Shown here: positions 26,053 through 32,000 of the stretch, piece after piece
Position numbering within the stretch: the first letter of the stretch is position 1
Layout: each line of letters starts with the position of its first letter
Assembly (NCBI GenBank): GCA_964510585.1
Contig: CAZECW010000187.1
Span: 60,001-92,000 of the forward strand
Origin: an uncultured archaeon
GTDB lineage: Archaea; Asgardarchaeota; Jordiarchaeia; Jordiarchaeales; Jordiarchaeaceae
DNA length: 32,000 nucleotides
Direction: 5' to 3'
Made by a program: the position numbers and the translations under genes
Notes under the pieces: model-generated
What the model saw: the letters and a program-made list of their open reading frames with translations, nothing else
The model's database searches: none
What the model was told of the DNA's origin: nothing

Positions 26053-27339
26053 TTGAAAGCACTAGTACTGGCGGGCGGAACAGGTAAAAGACTCTTCCCC
26101 CTAACAGAGACTCTTCCCAAATCCATGATTCCACTGGCTGGGAAACCGGTGCTGGAGTATGTTATAGAATACTTGGTTCACACCAACTTGAATGACATCA
26201 TCATTGTGGTGGGGCCTAAAAAGGAGCAAATTTGTGATTACTTCTCAACAGGTAAGGATTTCGGGGCAAATATTTCGTATGTAGAGCAAAAGAGACCGGT
26301 GGGAGTGGAGGACGCGATTCTCACCGCTCTACCCGTATTAGAAAAAGAGGAGGAATTCCTAATTGTTCATTCTGATTTTGTTGCCTCCAGCGAAATAATC
26401 CGTAGAGCTATAGAATATCATAAGGGTTTAGATTCAGATGCCACTATTGTGATTACCTTGGTTGACGATCCTACTCTTTATGGTGCGGTGGAAATTGATG
26501 AAAACGCGAGAATAAAGAGAATTATTGAGAAGCCTAAAAAAGAGGAGGCCCCAAGCAACTATGCTGCAGCAGGAGTTTATGTCTTTAAGGGGGAGTTCCT
26601 AAAGAAATTAGAGGAAACAAAGAGATTCGACACATCTGTCCAATCAATGATACAGGAGGATAAAACAGTTTATGGTATGGTTTGGGAAAAGGATTGGACC
26701 GAGATAACCTATCCTTGGGATATTCTAGAGGCTAATCGATTCATTCTGGCTCAAAGGCTTAAGGGTAAGGGCTCTTTTATTGCAGAGAGCGCGCAGATTG
26801 ACAGCACTGCCAAAATAGAGGCTCCGGTTTGGATTTGTGACGACGTGATAATAAGGCCTCGCGCGGTCATAAGAGGCCCCTGTTTCATTGGTCCAGACAG
26901 TTTTATTGGTGATGGAGCCCTAATAAGAGACCACACCTCAATAGGTAAGCATGTTTCCATAGGGTTCGGAGTAGAAATAAAGAATAGTATAATAATGGAT
27001 GACTCTTCTGTTGGAAGATTGAGCTATATTGGCGAGAGTATAATAGGGAGATCAGTTAAAATAGGGGCGGGAACCCAGACGTGGAATATTAAAATGAGGG
27101 GAGGCCCCCCAATAGAAATGAATATTGATGGTAAAAAAGTTCCAGTACCCGCAGAAAGATTCGGTGCCATTATAGGGGAGAATGCCGAAGTAAGCATTAA
27201 CGTGTCAATATTTCCAGGCAAAAAAATTGGAGCGGGGTCAACAGTGTTTCCCGGAGTGATAGTTGAGGAGGATGTTCCTTCATATTCAGAGGTAAGAGCC
27301 AAACAAGAAATTGAAACCATAGCAAAAAAGGGATTCTAA
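26053..27339 (+). CDS. Sugar-1-phosphate nucleotidyltransferase with C-terminal left-handed beta-helix (archaeal GlmU-like)
   Basis: LVLAGGTGKRLFPLTETLPK, EKPK...SNYAAAGVY, YPWDILEAN and hexapeptide repeats. Confidence 0.9.
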   Translation: MKALVLAGGTGKRLFPLTETLPKSMIPLAGKPVLEYVIEYLVHTNLNDIIIVVGPKKEQICDYFSTGKDFGANISYVEQKRPVGVEDAILTALPVLEKEEEFLIVHSDFVASSEIIRRAIEYHKGLDSDATIVITLVDDPTLYGAVEIDENARIKRIIEKPKKEEAPSNYAAAGVYVFKGEFLKKLEETKRFDTSVQSMIQEDKTVYGMVWEKDWTEITYPWDILEANRFILAQRLKGKGSFIAESAQIDSTAKIEAPVWICDDVIIRPRAVIRGPCFIGPDSFIGDGALIRDHTSIGKHVSIGFGVEIKNSIIMDDSSVGRLSYIGESIIGRSVKIGAGTQTWNIKMRGGPPIEMNIDGKKVPVPAERFGAIIGENAEVSINVSIFPGKKIGAGSTVFPGVIVEEDVPSYSEVRAKQEIETIAKKGF

Positions 27340-27346
27340 TTTAGAA

Positions 27347-27973
27347 TTGTCCGTGATACCTATGTTGGATGCTTTTTATCAAAAATTAGGTGAGGACATC
27401 AAAACCGCTAACGATTTGGAGAAGAGGGGGGATTTTAGAGCTGCGGCGAAACTTTGGATTGAGATAGCTGAATACTGCTTAAAATTTGCTAGATCTGAAT
27501 ATGCTTCTGAGGAAATTAGAAAAAACCTTATTGAGAGGTCTGAAGGCTATATTGAGCATGCAAAAATGCTAAAAATTAGACCAGCACCCTTAAAGGGCTC
27601 CATAGAAAAAAGCTCCCAAGCAATAGACTATTTGGAAAAAGCTTTGGATGATAAGGTTAGAGCTGATAAACAGTGGATGGCCCTTGACCTAAACTCGTAC
27701 ATAATGACTATGTTTAGTGTAATTGAAAAACTCCTCTACCACGTTTATATATCCAAAACGGGTAATCTTCCAAGCCTCGAAGAAACATTTACTTCTCTTG
27801 TTAAATGGGCCTACAGGGAAGGAATCATCAGTGATCACCCCGACAATATTGAATTCGTTAGGCTCCTTTACGAAAAATTATCCAAAAAATCGCAAAAAAT
27901 AACTAGTGAACAGGCTATGGAAGCAAGAGAAATAATGGAGCGAGTGTATAAAGAGTTATGCGAAAACCTATAA
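27347..27973 (+). CDS. Hypothetical protein: MIT-like three-helix N-terminus plus HEPN/DUF4145-like helical C-terminus
   Basis: A.DLEKRGDFRAAAKLW...IERSEGYIEHAKML resembles an MIT domain. The C-terminal IEKLL.H...LVKWAYREGIIS...ITSEQA pattern resembles HEPN but lacks RxxxxH. True start may be ATG 27362. Confidence 0.5.
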   Translation: MSVIPMLDAFYQKLGEDIKTANDLEKRGDFRAAAKLWIEIAEYCLKFARSEYASEEIRKNLIERSEGYIEHAKMLKIRPAPLKGSIEKSSQAIDYLEKALDDKVRADKQWMALDLNSYIMTMFSVIEKLLYHVYISKTGNLPSLEETFTSLVKWAYREGIISDHPDNIEFVRLLYEKLSKKSQKITSEQAMEAREIMERVYKELCENL

Positions 27974-27987
27974 TTTTCGCATGCCTT

Positions 27988-28689
27988 CTACTTCTTTTTC
28001 CAAACCTTCTTTATTTCCTCTTCAGAGGCTAGTCTGAAGGTTTGAGTTTCTGCGTCAATGATGCCTAAATCTATGTCTTCAGGCTGAAGGTTTTCAGAAA
28101 CTTCTCTCAAGGTGTCTACCGCCAGTTTTAACATTTCACTTATCGACATATCCTCTTTATACCCTGCTTTCAGAATTTCCAAAGCCTTAGGTTCATTAGC
28201 CCCAACCGCTGCAGCTTTGCTTTTGGTCAAGGCTCCCGAAGTGTCTATGAGAACTATTTCCGGGCCCCCTCTGCTTATTCCTCCAAAAAGTAAGGCACAT
28301 CCAAATGGGCGTGTTCCTCCTAACTGTGTAAAGCGCTGCATGAGACGCCCTAGCCTTTGGGCAAGTGTACTAACATCTATTTTTTCATCGTATGTTACTC
28401 TATACGATTGAGCTATGATTCTTGCTCTGTCAAGTAGAAGTCTTGAATCCGACATGTATCCGGCACTTGTGGCGCCTATGTGGTCGTCTATTTTCAAAAC
28501 TTTTTCATGGGATTCAAGCAGTTTGCTATGTGTTTTCGCCACCCCTGCCAATACCACGCCCTTAGATGTTTTTATTCCGACAGCCGGCGCTCCTTTTTTA
28601 ACTGCTTCGCTGGAATACTCCACTTGAATAATACGCCCTTCAGGAGAGTACATGGTGCTACTTTTATCATAATCCATCTCGTCGGACAT
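27988..28689 (-). CDS. psmA: Proteasome alpha subunit, divergent (probable paralog)
   Basis: YDKSSTMYSPEGRIIQVEY...AVKKG, EKVLKIDDHI, FTQLGGTRPFGCALLFGG and A.AVG motifs. Confidence 0.88.
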   Translation of the reverse strand: MSDEMDYDKSSTMYSPEGRIIQVEYSSEAVKKGAPAVGIKTSKGVVLAGVAKTHSKLLESHEKVLKIDDHIGATSAGYMSDSRLLLDRARIIAQSYRVTYDEKIDVSTLAQRLGRLMQRFTQLGGTRPFGCALLFGGISRGGPEIVLIDTSGALTKSKAAAVGANEPKALEILKAGYKEDMSISEMLKLAVDTLREVSENLQPEDIDLGIIDAETQTFRLASEEEIKKVWKKK

Positions 28690-28915
28690 TAGACGTCTCC
28701 TCTTATATTTTGACCTATATCCTATAGGAATTGAAAGTTTCTAAATATTTCCCAAATCCTTGCAATTACCTAATTTTTAAATCTTTTTAATTTCGCATTA
28801 TTTGTACTATGCGAATCTGTTTCTAAACTCTAAATCCACTAGTTAAAGCAGGGTGTGTTAGGAACGACTGAAGTTTCCACTAATCCATTCAATCCTCAGT
28901 TTCTATACTGGAATT

Positions 28916-29740
28916 TTACTTGCTAGAAATTTTTTTGAGCACATCTTGAATATCATATAAGCAGGTTAAGACACTTTCTATATCAAGTATATCCTGCTGG
29001 AGCAAGTTGCCAGCACGTGAAAGATCTATCTGTAATCTGAGCATAAAGGGCGAAAAACCTTCATTTAATTCAGGGTTTTCCGTATAAATCGCCGCGTGTA
29101 TCAAGTCAACGCCACCAAAGCCCAGGTCGAAAAGCAAGTCGTCAACTTTCAAAAGAAATTCGACTATTCGTTGCTTATCACCCTTGGTGCGTAGTTCTGC
29201 CTCGGCATCAGACAGACTCTTACTAATCTCGTCCAGCCTCTTTTTCAGAGAATCCGTGTTTATAGGCATCTCCTCTCGATACATTGTTGCCTCTGGACAG
29301 AAATTAAACCACCACTCAAGGTAGTGCGCTGTGCTGCAAAAGAATTTTTTATCATGATTTAATGGCTCCACGGAAACAGTGTACATGCATTCTTCACCAC
29401 AAATAGTGCAAACCCCAGCCCCATCTTGATATGGTCTAATATCTCCACAAAAAGGTACACGAACGTACATAGCGTCGCCTTTAGGGGGTAAAAGTTTGGG
29501 GGGAATTTGCAACTCTTTACTGAACGGTTTTGAGTCTAATTCGGCAAATATTGCAGTCCAGACCGGGCCTCGTGGAGTTCTAACTAAAAGAGGGTTTCTT
29601 CTCGGGTGGTTGTTGCAATATGTCCAATACGGATCTTCGATTTTGAATTTTCTAACCTCACAGAAGGGCTCTTGGCTTTTATCACTATTTGCTTTATTGA
29701 ATTTACAGGTTCCACAGCAATCGCTGCCACCATTAGGCAT
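28916..29740 (-). CDS. Hypothetical Cys-rich protein with TRASH/MYM-like finger
   Basis: CCGTC...C...YC..H N-terminus, CTICGEEC...FFCSTAH finger, helical C-terminus; GGAGAG before ATG. Confidence 0.65.
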   Translation of the reverse strand: MPNGGSDCCGTCKFNKANSDKSQEPFCEVRKFKIEDPYWTYCNNHPRRNPLLVRTPRGPVWTAIFAELDSKPFSKELQIPPKLLPPKGDAMYVRVPFCGDIRPYQDGAGVCTICGEECMYTVSVEPLNHDKKFFCSTAHYLEWWFNFCPEATMYREEMPINTDSLKKRLDEISKSLSDAEAELRTKGDKQRIVEFLLKVDDLLFDLGFGGVDLIHAAIYTENPELNEGFSPFMLRLQIDLSRAGNLLQQDILDIESVLTCLYDIQDVLKKISSK

Positions 29741-30140
29741 AATAATTCTCTCCTAAAACCACACGCTGCAGTTAATCCTTTCTGCTTATCTGATATGTGC
29801 TTACATAGGGTCAGGGGGTAGTTGAATTTTGCACATTTCAGGTATATTTATTGGGTGTTGTAAGGTTTCGAGTGTTCATCGCTTCCAAAATGTTATGTGT
29901 GGTGTATCTTTCGTCAATAGTATGTGCTGAGTTGTAGTGTAATGCCATTTTAATATATTTAACTGTTTTATCAATTTTTATATGAAATTATGGTGTTTCT
30001 GGGATTTTACTAAACTTCTTTTTTAAGAATTAGGGTAATACTCTGGTAACGTCTGGCTATAGTTTCTCACTCTACAGGGATAATAGTCAATATAATAAGT
30101 GACTTTCACTAGGTTTTTTAAAGGCGGTGGGTTCGATTTG

Positions 30141-31637
30141 ATGTCCCTGGATAGATTCAAGTGTACTTCTTGTAATGAGGCTGAGGCGGCTTACTACTGT
30201 GAGGAGTGCAAATCAGCTTTCTGTCTGGGATGCGCCCAGGAGAGAAGGGAGGAGTTTTTTATCTGCGGTTCATGTGGCTTCAAGGAAACAAACCTTGGAA
30301 TGGATAGGGATAAGAAAAGCTCCTCAAGATGTCCGAATTGTGGTTCAACTGATTTGAGATCTGGGATTAGAAAATGGAAACTTTGTCCTAATTGTCGCTC
30401 TGGTATGGTTATAAGCGTTCAAGATAAGAGGGTGGAGCTTAAAAAAACCTTTATTGATAATGTTAACAGCATTCTATATGGTTATGAATTGTTGAAAGAT
30501 TTTTCGAGGAGACTTAGGGAAACTAGAAAGAGGCTAATCTTTCTCAGGCACAGAAGGTATTTCCACTATCCAAAAATGGAGGAAACTCTAATCTCCCTTT
30601 TCCAAGAAATTATTTCCTTGAAAAAGAAGGTGGAGGCGCGGGCTCAACAGGTCTTAAATGTGATTCAAGTGCAACTCGTGGATTTTTCTTACCCTGATAA
30701 TTGGAGCCCACGTGATTTTGCACAGATTCAAACAGCTGTGGACAGGATAAAAGCCGATGTGAATGACTACAAAGTATATGTGAAGGGTCTTATGGAACTA
30801 CCTGAAAGGAATCTCGATACGGTTGTTTCCTTGGTAAAATTGCTGAGTTTTCATTGGAAGTTCTTTGAGGAACATAGAGAAAAAATTGATTTAGAAATTG
30901 GGGAAAAACCTGTGGCAGCCATTCAGAGGGTAAAATATGTGGGAAGCTCTTTTCTCAGTTTAGAAAAATGTAGTGGAATACTTTTGTTAACAGATAAAAG
31001 GATAATTTTTATCAGAGAAAAAGGAATTTTAAACAAGTCGTACCAGAAACATTTTGAACTCCCCCTAAAAGCTCACAAAATCGTAGTTGAAGGATCAATA
31101 TGGAAAAAACTCTCTTTTGAAGGTTCCCAAGGGGATGTGCGATTCTCCGCATCCAAAAATACCCTAAAAGCAATTGAAAGATACGTAGAATTGGCTAAAA
31201 ACTTTGATAAAAGTTCCATAAAGGATAAAACCCAAACTGACAAATTGGAAAAGCTGGAAATAACCCTAGACGACCTGAAAACTGAGCTACACAAAAAAAT
31301 TATGAGCGTTTTCACACCCCAAATTAAGGAGCCCACTCGCGGATTTGAACTACAGCCACCTGTTCCCACCGTTACCCCCAGAGTTGCTCAAAAGTCCGCA
31401 CCCCCACTAACCACTTATAATCGGGTACAAGTTCAAACTGTGGAAGGATCAAAAAGAGGGGATGTTCTGGATTGGGAACGAAGGAAATTCTCCATTGAGC
31501 AGCTTCTCAAAAAAATTGAGGAACTTTGGCGGCGTGGAGACATTTCTGTAGAGGAGTACCTGAAAAGAATGAAGAATCTTTATGAGGAACTCTACGTCTT
31601 GAACCAGAAATTAAAGGAAATCGAAGTTCAGGCGTAA
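30141..31637 (+). CDS. B-box/Zn-ribbon, coiled-coil, PH-like and steadiness-box-like multidomain protein
   Basis: CTSC...CEECKSAFCLGC, three more CxxC, coiled coil, G.LLLTDKRIIF PH/GRAM pattern, Pro-rich linker, C-terminal SIEQLLKKIEELWRRGDISVEEYLKRMKNL. ATG 30141 follows GGCGGTGGG. Confidence 0.7.
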   Translation: MSLDRFKCTSCNEAEAAYYCEECKSAFCLGCAQERREEFFICGSCGFKETNLGMDRDKKSSSRCPNCGSTDLRSGIRKWKLCPNCRSGMVISVQDKRVELKKTFIDNVNSILYGYELLKDFSRRLRETRKRLIFLRHRRYFHYPKMEETLISLFQEIISLKKKVEARAQQVLNVIQVQLVDFSYPDNWSPRDFAQIQTAVDRIKADVNDYKVYVKGLMELPERNLDTVVSLVKLLSFHWKFFEEHREKIDLEIGEKPVAAIQRVKYVGSSFLSLEKCSGILLLTDKRIIFIREKGILNKSYQKHFELPLKAHKIVVEGSIWKKLSFEGSQGDVRFSASKNTLKAIERYVELAKNFDKSSIKDKTQTDKLEKLEITLDDLKTELHKKIMSVFTPQIKEPTRGFELQPPVPTVTPRVAQKSAPPLTTYNRVQVQTVEGSKRGDVLDWERRKFSIEQLLKKIEELWRRGDISVEEYLKRMKNLYEELYVLNQKLKEIEVQA

Positions 31638-31719
31638 ACCGTTACAAACTAGATATCTATAACTTAATTACCTAAAAACCATTGAAATTTTTGAAAATTG
31701 TGTAAAAAGAAATTCTCAA

Positions 31720-32000
31720 TTACTCCTTTTCTTTGGGCTTCTTTGAACTCTCCAATTCCCTTTTCAGGTCTTCTAGCTCAGATGCCAAGGAAGATTTTTC
31801 TGTTATTATGTCCCCCTGCGGTACTTTGGGTTCCTCTATGCCCTCCAATGCAATTTCCGCCTCTAGACGGTTTAACTCACTTTCAATATCTCCTGCCTCT
31901 TCGACGCCCATTTCGGAAGGAGTTGCCAAAATGTCTGAGCTTCTAGAAATATCGCGCATAGCTTCCTCTTGCTCTATAATCATTTCGAGTATCTTTTCTG
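31720..32000 (-). CDS. C-terminal part of a probable ESCRT-III (Snf7/CdvB-like) protein, 5'-truncated by the window edge
   Basis: Frame open to the window end: EKILEMIIEQEEAMRDIS...DIESELNRLEAEIALEGIEEPKVPQG...SELEDLKRELE; acidic helix, Pro linker and amphipathic terminal helix. Confidence 0.5.
   Translation of the reverse strand, partial: EKILEMIIEQEEAMRDISRSSDILATPSEMGVEEAGDIESELNRLEAEIALEGIEEPKVPQGDIITEKSSLASELEDLKRELESSKKPKEKE

Noticed and set aside
1-32000. CRISPR arrays, rRNA, transposases, integrases
   Set aside because: No regularly spaced direct repeats, rRNA-like sequence or transposase/integrase motifs seen on either strand.

Overview
Archaeal chromosomal window, probably from an Asgard archaeon (inference from a longin-domain protein, an MIT-like protein, a steadiness-box-like protein and an ESCRT-III-like tail; taxonomy not verifiable here). 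About 30 CDS, mostly housekeeping: dph5, nikR, a P1B ATPase, trm5, pcm, fen, cdc48, ef1b, a geranylgeranyl reductase, pth2, truD, aspS, alba, cofGH, pheA and a psmA-like gene. No CRISPR array or intact mobile element was seen. The main result is a set of three short bulge-helix-bulge (BHB) introns within 2.2 kb. Two interrupt a tRNA-Lys(CUU) at non-canonical positions 15/16 and 53/54. The third is a 32-nt frame-shifting intron inside the protein-coding gene pcm (7020-7051); removing it restores the conserved QTISAPHM motif, so the two split ORFs are one intact gene that would be spliced by the tRNA machinery. Secondary results: a candidate ESCRT-related region at 27-32 kb, including a B-box/Zn-coiled-coil-PH-steadiness-box-like protein next to an ESCRT-III-like gene; a sharp A+C to G+T strand-skew inversion inside cdc48; and nikR divergent from a P1B ATPase with atypical transmembrane ligands. 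All family calls come from motif recognition by eye; no database searches were run.
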